A stretch of DNA of 56,362 bases, counting the filler, from Piptocephalis cylindrospora (taxonomy: Eukaryota): the NCBI GenBank assembly GCA_003614145.1. It is 3 parts of 3 records of this genome, joined end to end, with 100 filler letters (N's around TTAATTAATTAA, not from the genome) between each part and the next. Parts side by side here need not be neighbours in the genome. Positions count along the whole stretch, not along the records: positions 1 to 18,741 come from KZ987830.1; 2 more parts are not named here. One strand, written 5' to 3'. The translations under genes and the position numbers were made by a program. Shown here in pieces: positions 1 through 11,725 of the stretch (positions are counted from its first letter, which is position 1; every line of letters begins with the position of its first letter). Below the pieces are notes generated by a model. It worked only from the letters and a program-made list of their open reading frames with translations, searched no databases and was not told the DNA's origin.

Positions 1-492
1 CAAGAGAAGATATGTGGAGAGGATAGCCCTTCCAGCGACGGTGGCTACGGACAGACCCCCCACCAAGATACCTCGATGAAGAAGACACGTCAGAGCAAGA
101 GCAATGGCCGAAGTAATACGCGCAACGGCCGATGCATATTGAGGAAGAAAGGGAGCCAGGAGGGCAAAGGCAAGAATGGAGAGGACGGGAAGGGAAAAGT
201 GAAGGAGGGTCTGGAGCCGACTGAGGGAACGGGGAAGGACTAGGGCCATGACGAGAGATGCATCATAGAGGGCGAGGAAGGACGCAGGCAGTAGCCACGG
301 AATGGTGATGGAATTATCAATGATGAGGCAAATGGAAAAAATGAGAGCGAGTGTGATATGCATGAAGCTGATTGTGAGAGCGCGAAAAGCGCAAGTACGA
401 TAGAGGACACGTAGAAGAACGATGGCTAGGAGGACTTGGATAGCAAGGCCATGGATCCCTGAAACAGCAGAGACTGGATCCCCAGGGCTCAT
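1..492 (-). CDS. N-terminal part (TM1-TM6) of an orphan 7TM membrane protein, inverted relative to its C-terminal part
   Basis: Manual translation from the ATG at 492 is open to the contig end (MSPGDPVSAVSGIHGLAIQVLLAIVLLRVLY...GILVGGLSVATVAGRAILSTYLL) and strongly hydrophobic. Its last 20 codons duplicate the + strand frame starting at 555. It is absent from the ORF track because it has no stop. Confidence 0.7.
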   Translation of the reverse strand, partial: MSPGDPVSAVSGIHGLAIQVLLAIVLLRVLYRTCAFRALTISFMHITLALIFSICLIIDNSITIPWLLPASFLALYDASLVMALVLPRSLSRLQTLLHFSLPVLSILAFALLAPFLPQYASAVARITSAIALALTCLLHRGILVGGLSVATVAGRAILSTYLLL

Positions 493-614
493 TGCCGGTC
501 AAGATGGGTCGTCAGCGTGGAGCAAAGCAGCGTGTATTATGAGAGGGGAGGGAGGGGGGTCTGGCCGTAGCCACCGTCGCTGGAAGGGCTATCCTCTCCA
601 CATATCTTCTCTTT
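1..614. repeat. 61-bp inverted repeat (1-61 vs 554-614), probable fold-back chimera junction
   Basis: The reverse complement of 1-61 matches 554-614 with 2 mismatches, and the junction lies in a G run at 554-559. Confidence 0.9.
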
Positions 615-1832
615 GCAACCATCTTCTCTTCTGCCGACCCGGACATTGGACATGAGCCTGACTATGTCCATGTGGAATCTTTGGCCACCATGGCCCTGGC
701 CTTGCACCTAACTCTCGCATGGTTCCTACAATTTCTCCTTAATGATCGTGCTATCCGTACCGCCATGCGTGTCCATCAGGGCTCAGGGGATTCTCAGACC
801 ATTGAGGGTTCCTCGGGCCTGGAAGCGCTGCAGAGCTGGGCTGGGGCCGAGTCCACTATGGTGAGTCCAGAGACCATGCTCTCAGATGTCTCGGTCCCTT
901 TAGAAGGCTCTGCAAAGCCGAATACGCATCCTTCGCCCATCTCGCTCCATAGTAGCTCTCGTAGCCCATCAGGAGGGAACTTGGACCGCAATGATGAAGG
1001 GAGCCGTCGTTTATCTCAGCAATCAGGTAAAGCCCATATGTCTAGGCCATCCGACTCCTCCACTACCTCTACCGCTACCGTATCCTCTACTCGTCCTCTT
1101 TTTCTTCACGGTATTCGACCTGCTCGGTCTTCGTATGAGATGCATCGTCCTCACAGGCCTTCAATGGAAAGTCCCGCCTTTTCATCCATTAATCACGAGG
1201 TTATCCCGGAGCACGATCTTGATCGCCCTGCTTCTCCGCCCTCCCGGCCTCACTTGTCCCGTGTTATATCCGACCCCATGCTCTCCAAGGAGAGGCGGAG
1301 TCTGGAGATGGAGCGGGAATCTGTGCTAGAGGGTCCGAAAACGATTAGTTCTCCCGTGAGGATAGAGGATGGGGAAACGAAAGAGGAGATGGGAAGCCCA
1401 TCGGACTCGCCAAGCGGATCCCCTCCTCTAATGGGCTCTGGTGCAATCATGTCCTTTGTCTCTCCACCCCCTCCCTCCTCGTTCAGGGGCCCTCGCCGCC
1501 CCATCTCTCCGCCAATCCGTATTGTGGGGCAACCCGAGGGTTCTCGGTCCCGAGAACGCCCCAGATCATCCCGGTCTCCACGCAGCCCTACTCAACGAGT
1601 GCGGATAAGTATGCGTCAGGAAGGGAGCTTGGATCTGGGAAGCTTTGGAAACAACGGGTTGCGGGAGGAAGATGAAGAGGAAGAGGAGGAGGAAATAGAG
1701 GGGGAGGAGGATAATTGTACGAATAACCATCATGGGCGGGCTGGCCGAGGCAGGTCCTCGCAGCAGTCCAGTCCGGGTGGAACGTGGAAGGGCAAGCAGC
1801 CTATCCATCGTGGCTCCTTAGGTTATCCATAA
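555..1832 (+). CDS. C-terminal part (TM6-TM7 plus about 350-aa disordered S/P/R-rich tail) of the same 7TM protein
   Basis: The frame of ORF 672..1832 extends upstream as GGLAVATVAGRAILSTYLLFATIF...LATMALALHLTLAWFLQFLLN. Confidence 0.7.
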   Translation, partial: GGLAVATVAGRAILSTYLLFATIFSSADPDIGHEPDYVHVESLATMALALHLTLAWFLQFLLNDRAIRTAMRVHQGSGDSQTIEGSSGLEALQSWAGAESTMVSPETMLSDVSVPLEGSAKPNTHPSPISLHSSSRSPSGGNLDRNDEGSRRLSQQSGKAHMSRPSDSSTTSTATVSSTRPLFLHGIRPARSSYEMHRPHRPSMESPAFSSINHEVIPEHDLDRPASPPSRPHLSRVISDPMLSKERRSLEMERESVLEGPKTISSPVRIEDGETKEEMGSPSDSPSGSPPLMGSGAIMSFVSPPPPSSFRGPRRPISPPIRIVGQPEGSRSRERPRSSRSPRSPTQRVRISMRQEGSLDLGSFGNNGLREEDEEEEEEEIEGEEDNCTNNHHGRAGRGRSSQQSSPGGTWKGKQPIHRGSLGYP

Positions 1833-2020
1833 TCATCCTTGTGAGCAATGTCTCCAAGTATGTGCATGCGTAATCCACCTACTTTTTCCTCCTATCCCCT
1901 TTCCTTTGCTATTTTTGTTTCTTCCGAAATAAATACTCGTATGCACCACCAACTAAAGAAACAAAACTATTCTCTATATGTTTACCAATCCTGCTTTCCT
2001 ATCCCTATCTCCACCCGACG

Positions 2021-4256
2021 CTACTTTTCCAATTCGTCCCCATGCAAACCCCATGTCCCAACCGTGGCCATGGAGCACTCTTCCTGCAAGAGGTCCTCTA
2101 CACACATCCACGGATCTCGACCGCCGCCATGCCGAAGTACACAGGATGCTAGGTTCTCCCCTGATTCTCGGCTGATTCCAGAGGTACAAAAGAGACGCTG
2201 CCATACCCGATTAGCCAGAACTCGATCCAAGAGGTACGAGTAGTACCCTGCTCCATAGCCCACTAAGTGCCCAAAGTCCATCTGCCACCGTACTCCCGGG
2301 ATATGGGAAAATGCGCCAACCATTGCCTCTGCCTCCCGCACGGCCGCATCCGATCCCTCCTGCCCTTGCTGTCTAGAAGCGTGGAGACGCTGGTCGAGCA
2401 TGGCATACACCATCTGCTGCTGATCCTCAAGGCTGGAAAGGGTCTGTCGATGAGAAAGATGTGTTTGGACCAGGGGCAAGGGAGCGGGGGCCCCGGTGTG
2501 ATGATGTTGAGAGAGGAGGCGAAGGAAAGTAGGTTCCGAGATGAACCGTTCATGTAGAATAGAAGGGAGCTCTACAAAGTCGACCGCGCACCTCGTTCCC
2601 GCAACATTATGATACGTCGTTTGGCCCAGCATGGCATGCAGGGCATGGCCGGCCTCGTGAAATAGCGTCTCCACCTCCCCAATGTCCATACCCCTATGGG
2701 CCTGGGAGAACCCGCAGGTCAGGACTACCATGGGTGTGATCCACTGAGAACCCCCACGATACACAGTGCCTCCCTGATCATCCGGACCCTCTTGAGGCCA
2801 GTGTCGACGGGCACAGCGGATAGTGTAATGAGCTGCGCCCCGGGCTTTGCCCGGTCGATCTTCCAAATCCAGGTAAATAAGGCCAAGAAAGGTCCCATCC
2901 TCATTCACCACTTCCATCCTCCGTACCTCCTCGGTCCATACCTCCCCATGGGCATGCTGGGATGGGCGAAGGCGCACACCATACAGGACATGCATTAACC
3001 GGGATAAGCCTAATATAACCCGACCCAGCGGGAAGTACGGAGTCAGAGAGGAGAGGGAAGGGGAAGAGGCTCGGAGAAGCCGGTGATAGTAAGACCTATC
3101 CCAAGCCGCAAGTTCTGCGCCTTTGGCCGCTTGGGGATCTTGCTGGCGCACCTGATTCAATAAGGATAGATCTCCTCGGACTACCGAGGCATTCCGCTGG
3201 GAAAGGGCCTGAATAAAGACCTCAACCTGCTCGGGGGATTTGGCCATCTTGTCCGAAAGGAACATTTCTCCATAGCTAGAAAAATCCACCGCTTGAGCCA
3301 GTCGATGTCGACGATCCACCAGGGCATCTAGAATCCCCACTTCCTCATCTGAGGCTGCATAGGCCGCCTGGTAGATAGCCTTTCTGGCCGAAGGAAACGG
3401 ACAGAGTTGCAGGAGATACTGCACATTCCGAGGAGTAGCTTGAATGTACACCTGGCCTCCTCGACGCTCCACCCCGGGCAAGGGATGGGCTGGGAGGGCC
3501 GCATCAGGAAGGACAAGGGGGGGGAGTATTAATTTGTTCCTGAGCGGTAAGAAAATGTCTGGATAGACTCTGGACCTCATCGGACAATTGAATGAAGGAA
3601 GCACGTTTCCGCTGTGAAAGCTGGATACCCGACTTGTGAAAATCCCGAAGGAAAATGAGAGCCACGGCCTGTTCCTCCTCTGCGAGAGCATTCCAAACTG
3701 TAGGAGTCGCTTTTAGGCGGCAAAGGGCATCGAAAAGGCCTACATGAGTATTTAGCACATTCATATACGAGTACAACTGGCCATATACGTCCTCGGCCAT
3801 GGAGATGTAGCGCTCGTCGGGATGAACCCCTCGAATAAACTCACACAGATCCAGGACACGGCATACCGTATCAGATAACCGGTCAAAGAGACGGACAAGA
3901 CCATAAAGTTCCTCATCTGTTCGGGAGGCGCAAATGGCCTCTACCAGGCCCTGGGCCCTATGCACTGCGGTCGATAGCATACCCTCAAGGCCCTGAGGTC
4001 CGGAAGCAAGAGCAGGGATGCCAAATAGACCGCTAACCCTCGAGGAGTCAGCGGAGGCGGAGGCAGGTTCGAAGAAATGGAGAAGGTCACGATCGTCGCG
4101 TGTTTCCCGGGCAAAAGTATCCTCCAGTTCTCGGCTCCGGGGGAGCGGAAGGGTCGATCTATCGGTGGAGAAGGCCAGGGCGTTTCGTGGTGCAGCTCGT
4201 TCGAGGAATGGTAAAGCCCTCGCTTTACGACACACAGAACGGCCAATTCGCCACAT
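2021..4256 (-). CDS. OCT1: Mitochondrial intermediate peptidase (M3 family), with a +1 frameshift at G8 3517-3524
   Basis: Arg-rich presequence MWRIGRSVCRK, motifs DRLSDTVCRVLD and FHEAGHALH (HExxH), GTRCAVDFVELPS and FGHLVGYGAGYYSYL. The two ORFs join if one C is removed. Confidence 0.92.
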
Positions 4257-4449
4257 GAGCAAGGTGGAGGAGAAGAGGAGAAAAAGAAGCGATGGAGCAA
4301 AGAGGGATCTCTCTGAGACTAGTAATCGCGAAGGAAAGGGTCCCACTAATCTCCATCCTGTAGCACAATTATTCTCCCCTCACGCCAGTGCGGGGAAGGC
4401 TCGGGGTAATAGGAATGTTCACTCAAAAAGTAAATCCGACAGAAAAATG

Positions 4450-4531
4450 TGAGGAGAGTGGGGTTCGAACCCACGCCTCCGAAGAGACTGCGGCCTAAAC
4501 GCAGCGCCTTAGACCACTCGGCCATCTCCCC
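4450..4531 (-). tRNA. tRNA-Leu, anticodon TAG, intronless
   Basis: GGGGAGATGGCCGAGTGGTCTAAGGCGCTGCGTT-TAG-GCCGCAG...GTGGGTTCGAACCCCACTCTCCTCA folds into a full cloverleaf with a long variable arm and is followed by a TTTTT Pol III terminator. Confidence 0.97.
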
Positions 4532-5051
4532 AACGATAAACTTTTATATAGAGATAAATATATTTACAATAGCTAAACAAGAGCAATAGGCTATTATAGA
4601 CTAAATATTGCGATGTGGAGGCACCATAGAGTATTATTTAATGACGCTCTATTGGCGCCCATCTTACAAGAAACCCACACAACAGCAGCGGTATTTGAAG
4701 GTGATGACGATGATAGTAGTAGCTCCTCATAGGCAAAATCTCCCCCTCTGTTTCCCATTTCTCCCTTCTCAATGATCTCTCACGCAGGCTCTACCCATGC
4801 CGTATGGGCTCTAATTTAAAATAGATACCAATCTTGCATGAAAAATATATATTATAGACTGAATGCCCTAAACAAATTATAATTGATGGGGTGAGCGGGA
4901 ATGCATTACAGCATACAAGTTTGTAAAAATAAAGTCTTACTGATCTAGGCGTAATATATTGAATCAAATGCTGGAATTTTATTCAATGGATCGATCCCTG
5001 ACTTCATTGGCCGATTGATTGATTTACCTGAACAAGCGTGAACTCCTCGAT

Positions 5052-5971
5052 TTAGAATTCTAGAATTAGAGCGAAAAAATGATGAAGAGAAATGCTTTTC
5101 CATGCTTGACCTATAGCATCCATATCCCAGAGCCCTCCTGGAATTAGAACCAACTGGGTGATGGATAACACTAAAGGAAGGAATGAGCGTTGAACTTGGA
5201 TAGCGAAATGAGAACACATACCGTAAAGGGGACATAGTAGGTGGAGGTAGGCAATGAGGGGGAACCTTACCCAGGACCATAGGTGAGAATCTATATCATT
5301 TGGGAATAAGAGCAAGAAGGCGAGGCCGCCGAACAGAACGTTAGCCAGGAGATGGATCCCCAAGCGAGATGGGGTGAGATGAGTTGCAACCGTGTATGAT
5401 GCAAGGATAAGGAGGTGAGCTGAAAGGAGCCACAAGATCCATCTATGTAGGATGAATGAAGGTCAAGGTAAGATCAGTGGGAGGAGTGGTGGAAGGATGG
5501 GGATATCCCGCCAACTGACCTTGACGACAATATAGCTAACCCATGGGATCCCAGAGTTAGGGTACAGACCTAGTCAGATAATGATAAACCGGTGAGAGAT
5601 CTATCATCCCTGGCAATCCACCCAACTAAAAACGAGGCATTTACCGAAAAGGCAGCCGTATCAATGATCCGGGGAGGGTGGGTAGGATGTGATGTAGCCC
5701 AAAGTAAGCCCATAGAACCAGACATCAAAGAAAGTGAAAGACCCAGGTATTGAAGAATGAAGGGGCTTGCAAGTACTCCAATGATCATCATAGACAAACC
5801 CAAGACGCTATGCGCATAGATGGATCGAAGGTATTGTACCCCATCTTGGGGGATATCAGTTACCTCCCAGAAATCCGACCATATTACCTCAGGCAAGGGG
5901 GTTTGACCAAGGAGATAAAGTAATTTTAATCGCCCTACCAGCCATTGTCTGAAATTGGCAAGGGTACTCAT
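5052..5971 (-). CDS. Divergent Bax inhibitor-1 (TMBIM)-like multipass membrane protein, probably 3 exons
   Basis: The N-terminal DIPQDGVQYLRSIYAH resembles the BI-1 'VQxHLxxVY' segment and is followed by several TM segments. Inferred introns are at about 5570-5643 (GTAAAT..TAG) and 5443-5519 (GTCAGT..TAG). Confidence 0.45.
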
Positions 5972-6400
5972 TTGAATGAGTTATGGAGGAGGGTGAGGGA
6001 GGAGAAGAAGCTAAAATGAAGGTAGATGTGTTCGTTATTTACTCCCAAGGTCTGTTGGAGTCATTTATAGACATTTTGGATTAATGAGTTTCAATGAACG
6101 AAAACTCTGTGCCCTTTTCGACCTCATGACTGTGACGCTACCCTTCAGGGGAGAAAGTATGGTGAGTGACCATTGCTTAAACAAGGGCTTTTAGCGCCCC
6201 CCCTTCAGTCATCCGAGGTCTTTTGACGACTGCTTTCTTAAAAAAAGCCAGCCAATGAAGGGCCTCCACTCCTTTCATCCTCTTTGACATGGATCAAGTC
6301 CAAATCTGATAAAAGTACAGTCCCATGGTAAGAACAAAGAAAAGAGCCAGCCATACATTATTATCCCACACATTGCACATGCCATCATCCTTTCTAACCA

Positions 6401-8768
6401 TTATGCAGATATCCGCCCACCTTTCTCCGGTATCCCTTCACCTCGCTCGGCGTGTCGTGTCAGTTTGGCGGGGACAGAATCATCCGAGCAATCCATCTCC
6501 ACCTCATAGCCTCCAATGGAGGCAAGGACGGAAACCTGGACGCTGACTTGGATGTTTTGCTTGAAGATGGGTTTGAGCATTTTGATCAACCCAAGCTGGA
6601 TTTTCACTTTGACCCGAAAAGTCCTGGAGCTAGTGACAGCTTTGGGGGCAAGGACCATGGGGTCGGCGGTCAGATCTTCATCCACCTTGCCCAGATTGTA
6701 GCCCTGCCATTGCATAGTTGCCCGCATCCGCAGAATGGTAACAGGGACATCAATTGGATTGTACGCATCAAAAGCAGCAATGACCTTGCGGGTAAAAAAG
6801 GTGGAGAAGTCAAAAGAGACGCGGGCCCCGCGCATCAATTTGGCATACGCCATGCCGGCCACGGGGGTAGTGATGCGCATAGCAGAGAGCGCGGGTTGAA
6901 TGGAACGAATAGACGTGGAGTCCGGTGATCCAGCAGCCCCGACCGTTACGGACTCCCCGGCGGCATAGGCAGTGAGCATGCGGCTTCCTGCTCGCTTGCC
7001 CGCCCGGGTTTCTGGATTGTAGACAACCTGGGCAGTTAGGGTATTGGGCCCGGGTTTCAGGGTCATCTGAGGAATGACGCAAAAGCCAATCTTGTGTCCA
7101 TCGTAGTAAGCGTCCATGCGAACATCCCCCATGCTAACACCCATCACTGTGGGATTGACCATGGAGACCACGGTCTCCACGAGGATCCCCTTGTTGGGGT
7201 CCCCCCCCAGGACGGTGACCCTGCCAATGTCAAATTGAATATCCTGGAGGCCAGAGAGGCCTTGGATGGTGGCGGAGGTGCCAAATTTAATTCCTTTTAC
7301 AGCAACCTCACCAATACCGGTCAGAGCTGTGGCTGAGGCTACCCCGCGGAGGGCAAAGGACTTGGAGGAGGAGAAGAGGACATCCTGGATGAAGCGCTCA
7401 AAATGACCTTCTCGCCCGGGGATGACATTGACTTGGACACCCTGAAAGGTGGCTATTACTTGACCAGTACCTCCGGCGATGCGGCCCGACGTGGCAATAT
7501 CCTTGGCTTGCATCTCCGCAATTTCCACTCCATCCACAACCATGACGAGCTCCGCAGAGATCCGATTAACATCAATGGGGAAGGCCCAAGGGATGCGCAG
7601 GGTGGCAAAAACGCCTTCAGACCGTGCAACAGGATTGTACGCCGTTTCCGGGGTGAGATCAATGTGCATATGGCCGATTTCAACAGATTCGATAAATTCT
7701 CGGGGTTCTGAGCCGGGAAAGGGGAAGCGCATCTGGACGCCCTTGATAGCTTGATCCAACCAAGGGATTGGGGGACTGTGGTCATCGGGCCGGGCGCCGG
7801 TCCCAAGGATGTCAAAGTTGGAAACCTTACCTGCAAGGTAAAGACCCATCATCTCCGAGAGCTTTTCCAAGGCCTCGGGAGAAGTTTGTGGGAGGATGCG
7901 TCCTTCAATGGTCATGTGATTGATGCCCTGACGGAGCTTGACTTGTCTTGCCACTGTCTCTGCTAACCGAACTCCCGAGTAGTAGACATCCAAACTCATA
8001 TCGCCTGCATCCATGGATACGGGAGAAGGATTGAACACAGAGGCATTGACAAATATGGAGATGCCGCCCTGAGGGTGATTCGCAGGGAGGTCAAAGGAGT
8101 CCACCTTGACATCCGGCAGGTTATTCATACCTGGGCATCCATGGGAGTATGAGTAAATAAGCAAAGGAAGGCTCTTCATCCCTCACTTCTTTTGTTAGCC
8201 CCATGACCATCGCTAATGATGAAGCTTACCTTTGATGGAAATATCTTTGACAATCTTGATACCTCCCAAGGTGATGCCCAAGGCACGAGCACTAGCTGTT
8301 CCCCGAAGGGTCCAAGTAAAGCTCTCGGCCGCCAGCATGGTCTTGGCCAAGGAGGAAAAGGCTGGTTGATCAAGGATTTCAAAGGTACTGCTGACATCCA
8401 GGGGGGCCCCAGTGCCTGCACGGACTTGCAAAGGCTGCATGGGCAGCTGGCCAAGGTTACTGGACCCGGACCAGAGCTGGACGGGGCCTTCAAATTCAAT
8501 GTCCGCATCAATTGGCCCCGTATCTGCCATACTTCCTGACATGGCCATACTAAATCCCGAATTGGTAGGACGTGTAATGTTAACAGACCCCACAGTAAAT
8601 CTGGGATGCACCGATGACGGCCTGGGCCACGGCAGGAACAATGACATAGAGGACAATGGGGATCATGATGGCGGCGAGGATGAGACAGAGGATCACGCCG
8701 AGGCATATATACATACGCTTGCGTGTCCGGAAGACTCGTTCGAGGCGGTTGGGTGAATGGGAATTCAT
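6401..8768 (-). CDS. DUF3712 / LEA2-like repeat, single-TM protein; intron 8131-8229; +1 frameshift at about 8597-8599
   Basis: An N-terminal TM (YICLGVILCLILAAIMIPIVLYVIVPAVAQ) precedes repeated beta-rich units with NPS/NPT...GD motifs. The GTAAG..CAG intron restores the frame. Confidence 0.8.
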
Positions 8769-11725
8769 CAAAGTGGGTGCTAGAGGCAAAGTGAGGGAGC
8801 GGTGGGTCGTTTCACGTAAGAAGGTGGTATGAGGGTGTGTGAGTAGGAGGAAAAGAAGAAGAGGAGGAAAGAGAATGAGGGGTCAGAGAAGGGTCGTGTT
8901 CGTTCCAGAGAATGATGGGAAAGACGTAAAGGCCAAGGAGGAGGTGGTCTTGGCCATAAAGAAAAGGAAAGGGGAGAGTGGAAGGATCGGGAGCCTTTAA
9001 GGACGCATGGATGGCCCTTGTGAAAGGTAAAGATCTCGAGAGTCGTGAGCGGTAGGGCGTTGGGCGAGAAGGGAGTCTGCTGCGCCAACTAGGATGTGGA
9101 TGAAGAAATAAGGAAGGGTAAAGGACGAAGAAAAAGGAAGCCAAGAAAGTCCATGAATAAATATCCTAGGCTTTCGCCAAATATTATTAAGGTCTTGGAT
9201 GGGATGGTCTCCTTGCAGAGGAAGATCTGTTAAGTACTTGGCCATCTGCTTATGCGGAGTGAGTTTTAAGCAGAGTTCCCCCCTAATAGTATCAGGCCAT
9301 ACAGTAAGTTTTGGGTTGGGCCATAGTCTATCGCGGCACGAAAAGCCGACTAGGGGGATCTGGGCGCAAGGACAGTCCACATTGATATTGGTTGTATAAA
9401 AATCTATCGTCTTAAAAGTCCGCATTGATGTTGTGATAACAATAATTTGTTTATTCCTTTTGCAAAAACCATATAATATGGATTGTCTATGCGAATGGCT
9501 TATTCGTGGAGGTTTTCTACGAGTAAAAGTATATTATCCCTCTCTTCCCCTTTGTAAACTTCCCTTAGTAAAGCCTGGTGAATGATGAAGACGTCCAGTG
9601 GGTCTTGGTCCGTGACCAAGATGGAATGTATCTCCGTAGACCATATTTTGTATCTCGAGAGCACTTTTCAACACCTTGGAACGTGAATTTGTTCGTTATT
9701 ACGCCCCTCTCCTCATCTTTCTGATCATTGCCATCCACCAATTTTTCTAATTAGCTCAAATCTTTAGGGCTAGAATGAACTTTAGTGTTTTTATAAAAAT
9801 TATCAAGCCCGAATGTCCGAGCATTAGGGCAGAGACGGAGACTGTGGTCAGTTCTGTTGCGGTTGTTCTTGATGGAGAGAGGAATAGGGCAGCACTATTA
9901 GCGATGGTAGCACGGTACAAGAGGAATGGAAAAAAGGGTTGGAGACAAGGGAAAGGCCCAAGAGAGGGAAGAAAAGGGAAAACCCTCGCTCCACCTGCCT
10001 CTTTGATGCTCACCCCACTCACCCTACCCTCTATGTGCCTCTACCTCTCTGACTCTGATATGGACATTATTGTGCCCTTCTGGCATGGTGCGGGGAGTCC
10101 ACCCTCACAAACTCCACATTTTCAAGATGCACTTTTTGAATTTCAAAGGCCAGATGCTACGATAGATCAAGTATATTTGCTCCTCAAGGACGAGTTCAAC
10201 TCCATGGATGTGCCCTATGGATCATTTATATCATCCATACCTGTTTAAGCTTTTAGCCAGACCTCTCAAATCTAGTCAAAATGTGGAAGTATCTTGTACA
10301 TACACATCGATATTTGGCCAGTCAAGGCAGGATTGTGCGAATGCCATGGAATCAGAACCTCTCAGCCCCTCCTACCTCCGCTGGATGTGGTTGATCCTAT
10401 GAGATTCCCACTTGCTCATCTTGACTTGAAAAGCCTTTATATTAAATGTTCCCTTTTTTTCCCACCAAAAATAATTTCCATCTGTTCATCTTGAACGGAC
10501 CTTGGTGTGTGGCAAGGAGAGTTTTTTCCTTGTTTTGCTTTCGTTGACATTTTTGGCCAATCCATTATCTTTCACACAGGCATATACTAGAGATTTTCCC
10601 CAATGCATTTCGCTGTTTGCTGCTGCTACTATACGAGAAAGAGAAAGAGAGAAGAGGATAACAAATTGCATAGCTTTTTTTTCAACACACATACAGAGTG
10701 AAAGAGCATCCCTGCAGATAATAAAGTTAACTCTGGTAGGCATGAGGATGATTTAATGTATCTCAATACTAATTTGAACAGCCTAGGGAGCTAATGATAA
10801 AATCCTATAGTAGAAAACTTTGACATGTCTAACATGCACTGGATGAGTCGTTTATGACGCAAGTGTGTTTTATTTACCTCTCTCGTGAATTCATGGGGGA
10901 GCTCTGCAAAATAGCAACCCTCGGACTCCCAATATTTGATATTTGATACTTGATACTTGTATATAAGTCGAGTCATTCTGCACTCCAATGCGCAAGGGGG
11001 GAGGGGGCCTTATCTAGCCTATTAGGTATCTTGCTTTTGGGCACAAAATCCACGTCAGGCTGACAGGTTATCATCCCCTTTGTTTACTTGCGTAGTCTTC
11101 ACTTGGTAGTGTCCCGCACCTGGGCTGTGAGAACAAATGGGCATGTAAACCATTTCCGAATCACTGGCTTAATGACTATGGGAAAAGGTTGGATGAATGG
11201 ATCTGTGGAAAAAAATTGGATTTAGGGGCGCGAGAGAGCAGGGCGGGATTTCTTGATCAGTAGAGTAAAAATACTGCCGCTCTGCACTGAGGACAGGGCG
11301 AAACGGCAGAAATGATCTTACATAGGAGCGAACCTGGACTTTATCGTCCCTTCAGCCCTATTTTTCTCGCCTCGCTCTTTATAAAAGCATGGATTTTCGG
11401 GATAAAGGGAGCGGTGATGGGCTAGTTTCTTATACCATACTTTCTCCTATCCGCCACCCTCACTATACACCTCCTATCCTACTTGCTGTTACTGCGTCCT
11501 CTTCCCTTTTTAATCGCTAGTCATCATCATTCGTTATTATTCAATTACGGTGTGTGGTGGTTGCTAGTTATCACAAAAAAGAGTCCCAATTGGAAGTTCC
11601 TTACAATCGTGCGGATTGCATCGGAACCTGGCCAGTGGTCTTTCATTTCTCTCTCTTCATTGCCTGTGTGACCTGCTCTTAAAATTCTCCGATCGTCCCC
11701 AAACCCTCCCGAGTCCGTGCCAGTG

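Noticed and set aside
9576..9730. C/D snoRNA-like ATGATGA...CTGA with a weak terminal stem
   Set aside because: No rRNA-complementary guide was recognised, the stem is mostly G-U, and the region also reads as an exon.
11274..11309. Hammerhead-like CTGAGGA...GAAAC core
   Set aside because: Stem II cannot close (C..C), and the required U16.1 of the NUH site is a C.
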